A stretch of 64,000 nt of DNA from an uncultured virus (IMG/VR IMGVR_UViG_3300036715_000919) (IMGVR_UViG_3300036715_000919); one strand, 5' to 3'; shown: positions 9,632-19,191, counted from the stretch's first letter. Numbers and translations are program-made. Notes: a model not told the origin generated them from the letters alone.

Positions 9632-10613
9632 TACGCAGCAGATGATACGATATGACATATACGATCAGCAACTCAATCCAGGTGACTTCATCTGCTGTAT
9701 AGTGAGAGGACAGTTCTCAGCAGCAAGGATAGCATCTATTAGTTTGAAAGGTACTATTCACATCAATCCCTGGAATGACCAGTCAAAGACATACCACAGC
9801 GTTGTAAGGCAACTGCGAGGATACAACATTATTAAAACAGCGGGGATGCCCGTACATCAATTTACTTTATTCAAAACAGATAATTATGCTGGCAAGAAAC
9901 TTTTGGAATCAGCTTAAAGAAATCATAGAACTCCCATTCGAATTGGAAAGTGTAACTGCTGTGTCCGGTAACTGTGGAACAGTACACATTGATATGGAAG
10001 ATGGAAGTACTTATTACATTGACATTCAAAAATGTGAGAGTGATGCCAGGGAATAAGAAGTACATGATATTCAGAAGTGAGGCATCTGGCCATCACTACA
10101 TATTCAATGGAGAGGATGTCATTGACTTCACCCCCAATCCCAAACAGACCTGGGATGGTCCTACTGAGAAAGTAGAAGAGGCGTTCAATAATGCCCGAAA
10201 GAAAGGTTTCATTACCAGCAGAGGCCGGCACATCGTAGTGTCCAGAGGGACATTCATAGACAACTAACTAAGGGGGGCAGTCAGTGTTTTTCAGAACTTA
10301 AACAATCTAAAACCATCCGTAACAGGGTGCAATGGATTATTGATATGGAGACGACGGGAGCTGACTGTTCCTCTTATTTTACACACTCAAAAACAAGAAC
10401 ACATGTGGGGATTATTTGAAAAGAAAGAAAGGAAAGAAGATGAATTTCTTGGAGCTGAGCACGCAGTGGTACCGATGAACTTTGAGAGTACCATTGAAGA
10501 AGTTAAGAAGTTAAGTCCAAAGGCACAGGCAACATTCCTGTATAAGCTGGTAGGCGCACTTCCACAAGGAGTTGCCAGGACATTACATAAATACACGTCA
10601 AACAGATTGAGCA

Positions 10614-11099
10614 ATGGTACGTATCCTAACATCAGACAGAAAGAGCGTAACCTTGATAGAAGTGTTACGCAGGGGGGTGGCCTCGACAGTTAGTCCCAAC
10701 TATTACAACACGCTGTACCAACGGTTCTCAAACATACGTATAGCAAAATTCTTAAAGACACATACTGAAGAACAGATTAGGGTTTATTTACAGACTCATC
10801 CGGAATTACACATCTATACAATCATTGACAATGAGCCACTTTTGTCTGCTGTTGATCAACAGCAGGTGGATGTTAATATCACAACGAGATCAAAGATAGC
10901 TGCCAGGCAACGGGTAAAGGATGAGGATGGAGATGACTACATTGATGAGTTCGGTCGGTATGTGTATATCACAAGTAGGATTGGTACAGAGGCAGATAAA
11001 GATTTGCGGTATGAGGATAAAGCCGATCCTGAATTATTCACAGTTCAATACATAGCAAATGAATTATCGCATAATAGAGACAGGCAGCACATTACCTGA
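10614..11099 (+). CDS. Hypothetical protein
   Basis: 161-aa ORF in a packed operon. Confidence 0.6.
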   Translation: MVRILTSDRKSVTLIEVLRRGVASTVSPNYYNTLYQRFSNIRIAKFLKTHTEEQIRVYLQTHPELHIYTIIDNEPLLSAVDQQQVDVNITTRSKIAARQRVKDEDGDDYIDEFGRYVYITSRIGTEADKDLRYEDKADPELFTVQYIANELSHNRDRQHIT

Positions 11100-11349
11100 T
11101 GTTATTCTTTATAGAGAATTCGACTCTGAAACCAATAATTGTGGAGAACAGGGTCATGTTGTAGTTATCTGTGCAATAGGTGCAATAGGTACAGTAGATC
11201 AACAAAATGAGGTTGAAGGACAAGAATATGAGTGGATTGAATTTCAATCTGCATCCTCAGCTAAGGCATTTATTCAATCTTATACAGTCGCTAACGCAAA
11301 GGCTTGGTGCACAGAAAAAAGGAATCACTTATTAATACACAGCAGATGA
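11059..11349 (+). CDS. Hypothetical protein
   Basis: Packed ORF. Confidence 0.5.
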   Translation: MNYRIIETGSTLPDVILYREFDSETNNCGEQGHVVVICAIGAIGTVDQQNEVEGQEYEWIEFQSASSAKAFIQSYTVANAKAWCTEKRNHLLIHSR

Positions 11350-11530
11350 TAAAGAAATTAAAATGGCTGTTCAGACCATATAAGTACGAAGTGATTTTAT
11401 TCTCCAGGTTCTCTCTCAATGGTTATAATGTAGTAAGAATAAACAGATACACTGGTATACAGAAAATACTGGATGCACAAGTACCCCTGAAGATAGCTGT
11501 AAATACTGCTAACCGTTTAAATACTCAAAC

Positions 11531-13723
11531 ATGATACATGTGATAGGAAATCCGACAGAGCAGTCTGCTAAATATCAAGCAGGAGATTGGAATCAGTTCA
11601 AGCCCTGGATACTGGAATTAGCAGAAGTTGAGTTTGATGTTGAGACCACCGTGAGTCCATGGTGGTCAGAGAAAAAACTCATCACTGTTCAATTTGGTTG
11701 GAATGGTACAGAGTGGGTATTCCAATGGAGTGAACTGTCTGTTGAGCAGAAAGATTGGATCAAACAGATTTTGGAAAGCAAACGTATCCTCAAACTCATA
11801 CACAATGCACTCTTTGAATGTACTGTCTGTCTCTTTCATGATATTCGTGTACAGAATGTATATGATACTATGTTGGCTGAAATGGTACTACAAGGAGGTG
11901 AGCACACAGTAGGCTATGGCCTGGATGACATTTGCTTAAAGAGATTGAACATTGTACTCGACAAGTCGCAACAATTGTTATTTGGGGACAACATTCTTAA
12001 TGAGGCTAAAGTGATTTATGCAGCCCAGGATGTGAAATATCTGAGTAACATTCGTCTCTCTATCCAGCAGGAGGCTCAGGCTAAGAACTATGAGACCTTA
12101 AACAAAGTGATAGAGTTGGAGAACAGCATTGTACCTGCTTTTGCAGAGATGGTGTTTCATGGAATGGAACTGGATAAGGAGTGGTGGTTAGGGCTTGCAA
12201 GAGAAGCTGAGCCCCTGGTATCCGCTGCACAGCAGAAGTTAAATGAGTGGTTACAACAGGAGCCATTCAGGACAGTAGCATATCAACTCAATTACCTCAG
12301 TGATAAAGATAGAGTACTGATTAACTGGAACAGTCCCAAGCAGAAGGAGAAACTCTTTCAGGATTTGTTTCCGGAGTTACCCGGTACCAGTAAGGCTGTA
12401 TTGAAGAAGTGGCAATCCACTCAACTCAAAGCACAACAGCCGGTACCTGAGTGGCTCCCCTATTACCTTGATGGTGATAGTACTGAAGTGTCCAAAGTGG
12501 TAGTCAATGAGCACAGGGATTACTTGATTGCTGAACAGCAGCTGATTCCTGCCGGCACGCCTACGATCAATTGGAATAGTACCTATCAGGTATTGCCGCT
12601 AATTCAATGTGTGGAACGTGTGAATGATTTGTCTGCTGAGAGTTTAGGTAGAACATCCCATCCAATTGTTGCAGACTATGAGGAGTACAAAGATACTGCT
12701 AAACTACTCTCATCTTTTGGAGAGAAGTGGATAGAAAAATATGTAGAGCCTGATGGAAAGGTTAGAACATCCTTTAGACAAATTCTCGCTACAGGAAGAA
12801 CTTCTTCATCTGGCCCCAACCTTCAGCAATTACCAAAGAACAAACGTGTAGGTAATAAATATCGTAATGCATTTATTCTTCCACCCAAATGGAAATGGGT
12901 ATCAACTGATTTTGTATCAGAAGAGTTGGTGATTGTTGCTTACTTATCACAAGAGACTGTATGGCTTGAAGCGTTATCTAAGGGATGCGACTTACACTCG
13001 AGTGTAGCTGAAGTTGTGTTCAAGAAGAAGTGGAAAGATGCCGCAACAAGTACATGTGAGTTTTATCATCCTCATGTAGATGATAAAGGTGTTTTGTGGC
13101 CTGCATATTCACGCAAGAAATGTAATTGCAATGCTCACAAATATCTTCGGGACGCTACTAAGACTGTGAATTTCATGTTAGTATATGGTGGGTCTCATTT
13201 CAAACTTGCATCAACATTACGCATTACAGTTCCTGAGGCACAGCAGATCATTGAAGATTATTTTAAAGCATTGCCGAAACTCAAAAAAGTACTGGATTAC
13301 TTAGGAGAATTTGGAATTACTAAAGGATACATTCAAACTATTTGGCCCTACTATAGGAGACGTTGGTTTCCTAATTGGCAATTCTACACAAGGTTCATTG
13401 ATGCTCATCTACAAAGTGCACAATTTCATGGTGGATTAGGTGAAATCGAAAGAGCCAGTAAAAACACCCCGGTTCAGGGTAGTGGGGGGGATATTCTTAA
13501 ACTCTCTATCAGAAATGTTTACAATTATATTCACGACAACGATCTGTCCTCTAAGGTTCATCTCAAAATGGAAGTACATGATTCACTTGATACAGCAGCT
13601 AAAGAAGAGTATGCTGAAGAGTGGAGTATTATCCAATCACGATTGATGGAAGATGCTGGTAGAGTATTGATACCGACTGGTATTTTAAAGACTGATACTA
13701 CACTTACAGTGCGTTGGTCTTAA
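11531..13723 (+). CDS. polA: DNA polymerase family A (3'-5' exonuclease + polymerase)
   Basis: Exo motifs FDVET, HNALFE, YAAQD; ATGRTSSSGPNLQQLP; motif A DFVSEEL; motif B RDATKTVNFMLVYG; NTPVQG; motif C VHDS. Confidence 0.95.
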   Translation: MIHVIGNPTEQSAKYQAGDWNQFKPWILELAEVEFDVETTVSPWWSEKKLITVQFGWNGTEWVFQWSELSVEQKDWIKQILESKRILKLIHNALFECTVCLFHDIRVQNVYDTMLAEMVLQGGEHTVGYGLDDICLKRLNIVLDKSQQLLFGDNILNEAKVIYAAQDVKYLSNIRLSIQQEAQAKNYETLNKVIELENSIVPAFAEMVFHGMELDKEWWLGLAREAEPLVSAAQQKLNEWLQQEPFRTVAYQLNYLSDKDRVLINWNSPKQKEKLFQDLFPELPGTSKAVLKKWQSTQLKAQQPVPEWLPYYLDGDSTEVSKVVVNEHRDYLIAEQQLIPAGTPTINWNSTYQVLPLIQCVERVNDLSAESLGRTSHPIVADYEEYKDTAKLLSSFGEKWIEKYVEPDGKVRTSFRQILATGRTSSSGPNLQQLPKNKRVGNKYRNAFILPPKWKWVSTDFVSEELVIVAYLSQETVWLEALSKGCDLHSSVAEVVFKKKWKDAATSTCEFYHPHVDDKGVLWPAYSRKKCNCNAHKYLRDATKTVNFMLVYGGSHFKLASTLRITVPEAQQIIEDYFKALPKLKKVLDYLGEFGITKGYIQTIWPYYRRRWFPNWQFYTRFIDAHLQSAQFHGGLGEIERASKNTPVQGSGGDILKLSIRNVYNYIHDNDLSSKVHLKMEVHDSLDTAAKEEYAEEWSIIQSRLMEDAGRVLIPTGILKTDTTLTVRWS

Positions 13724-13732
13724 ATAACAAAG

Positions 13733-14197
13733 ATGAAGAAGAATATTAATTATTTCGGTTTCCCCGGAATGCAGAATGTTGAATGGTCTGACAAAATTGA
13801 CTTATGGGAATTGAGTCGGGTACGAACTAAAGAGTGTCTTGATATAGTAAGGGATGTGATCTGCGAACATTATGAAATTACTTCTAAGAATTTTCACAGT
13901 AGTGAACGCTTTGAGCCATTTCCTGCAGCTAGACAAGTCTTCTGCTGGATAGTGAGAATTGAACTGTTCTCTCACATTTATCTCAGAGTAATTGGTGAGT
14001 ACATTGGTATCAATCCAATTAGTAAGAAGTCTTATGATCACACTACAGTAGTACATGGGATCAATCAGGTAAAGAACATGCTATTTACCGGGGAAATAAC
14101 ACAACAATGTATTGATAACATTACTGAATTATCTCGTATCAAATTCGCAAAGTTGTGGGGATTGTATCAGTATCAAAAGAAACAAATTAAACTATGA
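13733..14197 (+). CDS. DnaA C-terminal-like (domain IV) HTH DNA-binding protein
   Basis: 'ARQVFCW...IGEYIG...DHTTVVHGINQV' mirrors the DnaA_C signature. Confidence 0.75.
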   Translation: MKKNINYFGFPGMQNVEWSDKIDLWELSRVRTKECLDIVRDVICEHYEITSKNFHSSERFEPFPAARQVFCWIVRIELFSHIYLRVIGEYIGINPISKKSYDHTTVVHGINQVKNMLFTGEITQQCIDNITELSRIKFAKLWGLYQYQKKQIKL

Positions 14198-14421
14198 TCA
14201 TTTCAATATCAGGAAAGATTGAATCTGTCTGTTGTAAGGAAAGCGGGAGGCATCACCATTCGAATCAACAGGGTATTTGCGAGACCGTTTAGTGAAAAAC
14301 ACTTGTAAAACATACTTCAGAAACATCATTAGATGATACTCAATTAGATCATGTGATCGACAACAAGACGATTGAAGAATTAGCACAGAAACTATTACCA
14401 ATCATATCAAATCTTAATTAA
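14194..14421 (+). pseudogene. Internally deleted, frameshifted dNMP kinase remnant
   Basis: N-terminal MIISISGKI (P-loop start), then in other frames VRKAGGITIRINR and HTSETSLDDTQLDHVIDNKTIEELAQKL, the C-terminal motifs of phage dNMP kinases. Confidence 0.65.
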
Positions 14422-14422
14422 A

Positions 14423-14866
14423 ATGGGTACAATCAAACAGCCGGGATGTAAGGATAAGTCCTACATCAAATTAAAGACAATGCATGAAGAATGCCGCTGC
14501 TGTGGCAAAGGTCGCGAATGGGTATGCGACAGTTGTAATGCTCTGCTTGACAGGGGACATGCATTCTTCATTGAGGTGAAAGATTCCTCAAACGAACAAC
14601 ACAAGAAGCCCACCGGCTATGCGATTGCATTCATTGCAAGAGAAGCCTATGAACACGGACATCCTGAAGTCACACTGACGCCAGGCATTTACTTCATCAG
14701 AGAGAGTGATCTCAAACAATTCTTAGGAGATGGATATAACAAATTTAATCATTCCGCCCGATCCGGAGCGCCAGGAAGATTCCTTCACAACGGTGCTGGA
14801 AGCCGCCCCCGCGTTAACAGCGGAGCAGCAGATAGTTCACGATCAGCTACTGAACTGGCTCATTGA
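14423..14866 (+). CDS. Hypothetical Cys-containing protein
   Basis: CRCCG...CDSC; the 3' end overlaps the helicase. Confidence 0.5.
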   Translation: MGTIKQPGCKDKSYIKLKTMHEECRCCGKGREWVCDSCNALLDRGHAFFIEVKDSSNEQHKKPTGYAIAFIAREAYEHGHPEVTLTPGIYFIRESDLKQFLGDGYNKFNHSARSGAPGRFLHNGAGSRPRVNSGAADSSRSATELAH

Positions 14867-17155
14867 TAAGACGAATAAAAAACCAGCAGTCTTTAAAGGA
14901 TTTGCCGGTGTCGGTAAGAGTTTCACACTGACGTACTTTGTACAATCTGTACGTAAGATTTACTCTACTATCTACAATATAGGCATGACAGCGCCAACAC
15001 ACAAGGCTGTTAAAGTGCTCCGTAAGAATGCTATCCTTTCCGTGGACTACCGCACTCTTCACAGTATGCTTGCTCTCAGGGAGCAGATTAATGAATACAC
15101 AGGGGAAATCACTTATGAACCAGAGAAGTTTTCTGCTGTTCCACCGCCAATTACTGATATTAATCTGCTGATAGTTGATGAAACGTCAATGCTCACAGAT
15201 CAGTTATTTAATTATCTGGTGCCATGGATCAAGAAAGGGCTCAAGGTAATATTTACCGGTAGATAAGATTGCCGGTATAAAATCTTTCTAATTGCTGGAA
15301 ACTCTTGAAGAGGTAGCAACCACAACGCAGAGCCAAAGCTCAATCGTGAGGGTTTGAAAATGCTACTTTATAAGACAATCAGCAGCGAAGCCTCTTTAAT
15401 ATGAGGAACGTTCAACGACTATCCCGAAAGGGAGTAGGGACAACTGTCCCGAAACGGAAGAATCTAATAATCATTAACTCTAAAATTATGACAAGAACAA
15501 TTTTAAGGCACTCAGCAAAGGTTAGAGAGTTGATGACAAAATCTACAGAATTATACAAACAAGGAAATCCTAATCATTTCTACGTTTATCAACACCGTAT
15601 TGGACATAGTATATTCTATGTTGGTATGGGCTCCCATGATAGAGCAGTTCGTGTTGCCGGACGTTCAGCGGCTTGGAATAACCTTGCAGATCTTGAACAA
15701 ATCAATGTGATAATAATTTCAAATCTTACCAGCTGCGAGAAAGCTGATATTATTGAGAAACAGCAGATTCAAATTTTTGATAAGGCAGTGAATACTCAAC
15801 ATTCCTTTGATAGAGGACATTGCTTTGATCCCATACTTCAATTCTCGAGAGACGGAGAGTTGAGGGCTAAATATTTGAGCGCAACAGATGCGCAGTTATT
15901 AGGATTTAGTAATGGGTGTATTAGGGCGTGTTGTGATGGAACAAGAGGACTTCATAAGAATTTTATTTGGATGTATCAGAGTGATTATAACAAATTTGGT
16001 TTCCGACATACTGTCAAGCCAAATGAAGTTAAACTTATACAGCAGGTATCATTAGATGGGCAAGTCATCAGAGAACTTTCACCAGCATCTGCTTTTAATC
16101 AATTTGGATTTACAACTAAGAATGTACAACAAGTTTGTACAGGACAAAAGAAATCACATGGAGGTTTTAGATTTAAGTATGTAGAAAATTAGATAAGATA
16201 TAGTCTGATCTTACCAGTAATGGTAAGTTAACAAGAAATGGATCCATTTCAGGTGCCGCCTGTGAAGCATGAAGACTGTATTCCATTCAGAAACTCAGTT
16301 GCCTGGGATTTGCCTACATGGCAACTCTCCAATATCATGCGGCAGAAAGAGGGTAATCCAATTATTGAGTTTGTAACCCTCATCAGGGACAACCCATTTG
16401 AAGAACACTATGATCCTAAAGAACACCTGCTGGATAATGGGACAGGGATCAGTCTTGTGGATGAAGGCAGCCAGAGAGAATCGGCATTGCTTAAAGAATT
16501 ATTCACTGATCAGGCATTCAAGAAAGACTCTGACTTCATGAAAGTGATAGCCTGGAGAAATGCTACTGTGAATAAGTACAATGACATCATCCGGTCAATC
16601 ATCTATCCTCAGCATGAACACCTGCTGAGGATTATGCAAGGTGAGAAGCTCATCATGGAAAAGCCGTATGTCATCAATCCGCGATCGTTGCTTACAAAGA
16701 ACGATGAGATAGAAGTGAAAACTGTCTCCACTCTTAACAAGCAGATCACCTGGACAGATGCTTATGGAATCTTTGACAATGCTAACTTCAAATTCTACCA
16801 GGTAGGCATTGAATGGTACACAGAGAGGGGCATGAAGCAGGGACACATCCCGATTATTCATGATGACTCTCTACCAGCTTTCGCTAAGCTGATTGACAGC
16901 CTGAAACAGATGGCCCTTTCAGCACCGGCAGACAAGCGCAGCCGGATGTGGAGGCAGTACTATAAGACCATCGGTGAATCCGCATGGACTAAGTACAACT
17001 ACTCTATAACCACACATTTGTCTCAGGGAAGTACTTATAAACAGTCAATCGTCCTGCAGTGGGACATATTAGCTAACAAGAAAGTGAGCGAACGTAACAG
17101 GATACTGTATACAGCCTGTACGAGAGCTTCTGACACATTATTTATTGAAGCATAA
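14730..17155 (+). CDS. Dda/RecD-like SF1B helicase, spliced: exon 1 14730-15260, exon 2 16241-17155 (481 aa)
   Basis: Walker A GFAGVGKS, TAPTHKA, DETSM; splicing restores IFTG|DPFQVPPV (GDxxQxPPV); TTHLSQGSTY and YTACTRA. Confidence 0.9.
15261..16240 (+). mobile_element. Group I intron (IA2-type)
   Basis: P1: exon ACCGGU pairs with IGS GCCGGU (U.G); P AATTGCTGGAA; Q AATCAGCAG; R GTTCAACGACTA; P7.1/P7.2 hairpins; S AAGATATAGTCT; P9 CTTACCA-GTAA-TGGTAAG; terminal G at 16240. Confidence 0.93.
15488..16192 (+). CDS. Intron-encoded GIY-YIG homing endonuclease with two NUMOD1-type repeats
   Basis: FYVY...FYVGMG...R; two 'Q.S.DG..+..+.S......I...C.G......F.+.Y' repeats; lies in the P8 loop (ATCTAAT...ATTAGAT). 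Confidence 0.85.
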   Translation: MTRTILRHSAKVRELMTKSTELYKQGNPNHFYVYQHRIGHSIFYVGMGSHDRAVRVAGRSAAWNNLADLEQINVIIISNLTSCEKADIIEKQQIQIFDKAVNTQHSFDRGHCFDPILQFSRDGELRAKYLSATDAQLLGFSNGCIRACCDGTRGLHKNFIWMYQSDYNKFGFRHTVKPNEVKLIQQVSLDGQVIRELSPASAFNQFGFTTKNVQQVCTGQKKSHGGFRFKYVEN

Positions 17156-17278
17156 CAGATCAACAACAAGTCGAGTATTTAGCAAGTCCTTTTCATTGTC
17201 CATATTGTAATAGCACTAATATTGATGCGGATACTGTTGAAATGAATGGTACTGGAGGTATTTCTAAGATAACCTGTG

Positions 17279-17403
17279 CAGGGCTTGTCGAAGGAAAGGA
17301 ATTTGAAAAATCGAATTTCAGCCCTTATTCCACAGCCAAATAGCGTTACAAATGTTCATAGCCTGTTCGTCCAGCCTTTCTTTTGCCAAACCGTTTGTTA
17401 GGC
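17279..17403 (+). repeat. attC-like site 1 (left end truncated)
   Basis: Arms CAGGGCTTGTCGAAGGAAAGG / CCTTTCTTTTGCCAAACC, ending in core GTTAGGC (17397-17403). Confidence 0.65.
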
Positions 17404-17465
17404 GTTGTTGTGGGTAGTTTAAGGTTCTCAATGGTCGCAATAAAAAAAAGATTTTCAAAAATAAA

Positions 17466-17498
17466 TTTGTTCGTTTCAAATAGCTTCACTTATCTTCG
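17466..17498 (+). promoter_or_regulatory. Bacteroidota sigma-A promoter (-33 TTTG, -7 TATCTTCG)
   Basis: TTTG at 17466-17469, 21-nt spacer, TATCTTCG at 17491-17498, ATG at 17533. Confidence 0.7.
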
Positions 17499-17532
17499 CA
17501 TAGCAATTAAGCAAAATTAAATTTTAAAGATT

Positions 17533-18156
17533 ATGGAAAAAATGACAATCCACAGAGCATTATCAGAATTGAAACTGATTGATGCCAAAATTGAAAAGCA
17601 AATTAACGAAGTGCTGCCTTCTGGTATTTTACAGAAAGGAAAATTAGTTAACGGTTACATTCAGGAAGCTGAATTTGAAAAATCGGCTAAATCAAAGTAC
17701 GATTCAGTAAATGATTTGATTGACAGAAAAAACAAAATCAAATCTGCTATTGTAACTGCCAACGGCGTTACACAGGTAAAAGTTTCTGATAAGCAAATGA
17801 CCATAGCCGATGCTATCAACTTCAAAGCGGTAATTAAGTTCAAAAAGAAACTGATTGCAACCTTAAAGCAAAGGCACTTACAGGCTGTTGGTGAATTAAA
17901 TAAACACAACGAAGCTGTAAACGCAAACGTACAAAGGATTTTGGAAGCAACGTTTGGAAAGGAAAATGTAAAGGTTGGTAAAGAAGATGTTGAATCAGTT
18001 AGAAAGCCTTATATGGATGCAAACGAATTTCATTTGTTTGACCCTTTAAAAGTTGATGCTACTGTGGAAGCATTGGAAAAAGAAGTATCTGAATTTGAGG
18101 CAGAGGTTGATGCCGTTCTTTCTGAAATTAACGCAGTAACAATAATTGAGTTCTAA
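17533..18156 (+). CDS. DIP1984/DUF6847-like coiled-coil protein
   Basis: 'MTIHRALSELKLIDAKI', 'IKSAIVTAN..T.V....MTIADAI', 'FEAEVDAVLSEINAVTII' fit this family as recalled. Confidence 0.7.
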   Translation: MEKMTIHRALSELKLIDAKIEKQINEVLPSGILQKGKLVNGYIQEAEFEKSAKSKYDSVNDLIDRKNKIKSAIVTANGVTQVKVSDKQMTIADAINFKAVIKFKKKLIATLKQRHLQAVGELNKHNEAVNANVQRILEATFGKENVKVGKEDVESVRKPYMDANEFHLFDPLKVDATVEALEKEVSEFEAEVDAVLSEINAVTIIEF

Positions 18157-18160
18157 AAAT

Positions 18161-18502
18161 AATTGATTGGCTGCCCGAAAATCTCAGACACTATTCCTGC
18201 CGCTCTAACAGGTAAAATTGAGCAACCTAATGTTAATAGGCAATCAACATTTAATCAATGTTTTCAAGGTTCAAGTCCTTGCTTCTCGTAAGAGATGTGG
18301 CGGAACTGGTAAACGCAATTGATAAAAAAAAACTGAAAAGTTTAAAGATGAACGCTTAAAGATAAAAGGTTAAAATTTAAAGCTCTTTACGATTAAAGCT
18401 GAAAACGCAAAGTGTAAAGTTCTTTTGAATCTACGGTAAAAGTTTGATAAGTTCTGATAGTATGGCTTGTTGGTTTGAACGTAGCTGGGTAGTCAATCAA
18501 TT
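18161..18502 (+). ncRNA. Structured RNA with permuted tRNA-like domain and heptamer repeats
   Basis: 16-bp closing stem 18161-18176/18487-18502 with G.U pairs; T-arm 18265-18281 precedes a GUAA-capped acceptor stem and a D-arm (18300-18316); 7-nt repeats 18333-18425. Confidence 0.8.
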
Positions 18503-18518
18503 TTTTAAATTATGTAAA

Positions 18519-18683
18519 ATGGCAAAAAAAGCAATAACAGCAAGTATAGAAGAAACAACTATTGATGCTGTAAAGAAACAGGCAAAATTAGAAAAAAGGT
18601 CTTTCAGTCAAATGACAGACCTTTTGCTATTAAAAGGATTAGAAACTGTCCGAAAGAAGCAGGGTGGTAGCAATAACGCCTAA
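18519..18683 (+). CDS. Ribbon-helix-helix (CopG/Arc-like) DNA-binding protein
   Basis: MAKKAITASIEETTIDAVKKQAKLEKRSFSQMTDLLLLKGL: beta-strand, helix, RS.S, helix. Confidence 0.75.
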   Translation: MAKKAITASIEETTIDAVKKQAKLEKRSFSQMTDLLLLKGLETVRKKQGGSNNA

Positions 18684-18876
18684 CGAACAGGGCTTGGCGA
18701 TGCTTGGGAAATCAAGGCTCGTCTGCCCGTAACAAAAGTTTAATTAATAACTAAAATTTCAGATGATGAACAAAAGTAAAATTGAAAAACAAAAGCTGGA
18801 ACAGAAGCCAAATAGTAAACAAAAAGCTGGTGCAACTTCCGTCCACCCAAGTATTGCCAAACCCAATGTTAGCTGC
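18678..18876 (+). repeat. attC-like site 2
   Basis: GCCTAAC ... GGGCTTGGCGATGCTTGGG / CCCAAGTATTGCCAAACCC ... GTTAGCT. Confidence 0.75.
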
Positions 18877-19191
18877 TGGGCATTCAATATGAACCAAAGT
18901 GTCCGTGTCAAACTTAAAGATTTGGGATATGAATTATTAGTCAAAAAGCATAATAAATATTTAGGCGTCATTCCCACTTGGGAAAAACGAACAGTTGAAG
19001 ATTATAAAAAAATGGCTGATAAAGATGGATATACAAGTTTTCAACTTTGGAATTTTATGGAAGAATTTGGGGCTTTTACTGGAATGTGTAAGCCGCAATA
19101 TTATGATAACAGAATTATTTTCAATGCTGCCGATTTTGAGGAGTGTCCGCCTTGCAGCCAACAATGTGCTTTATTCAATACGGGTATTTGA
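18763..19191 (+). CDS. Hypothetical cassette protein (may start inside the attC-like loop or at MNQSV)
   Basis: 'FNMNQSVRVKL...G...DGYTSFQLWNFM..FG', a small phage protein pattern. Confidence 0.6.
   Translation: MMNKSKIEKQKLEQKPNSKQKAGATSVHPSIAKPNVSCWAFNMNQSVRVKLKDLGYELLVKKHNKYLGVIPTWEKRTVEDYKKMADKDGYTSFQLWNFMEEFGAFTGMCKPQYYDNRIIFNAADFEECPPCSQQCALFNTGI

Noticed and set aside
15401..15487. N-terminal extension of the 263-aa intron ORF
   Set aside because: It overlaps intron core elements R/P7.1/P7.2; the real start is more likely ATG 15488.
18265..18316. Canonical tRNA gene
   Set aside because: Arm order is reversed, there is no anticodon loop and the acceptor stem is closed; reported as a mimic instead.
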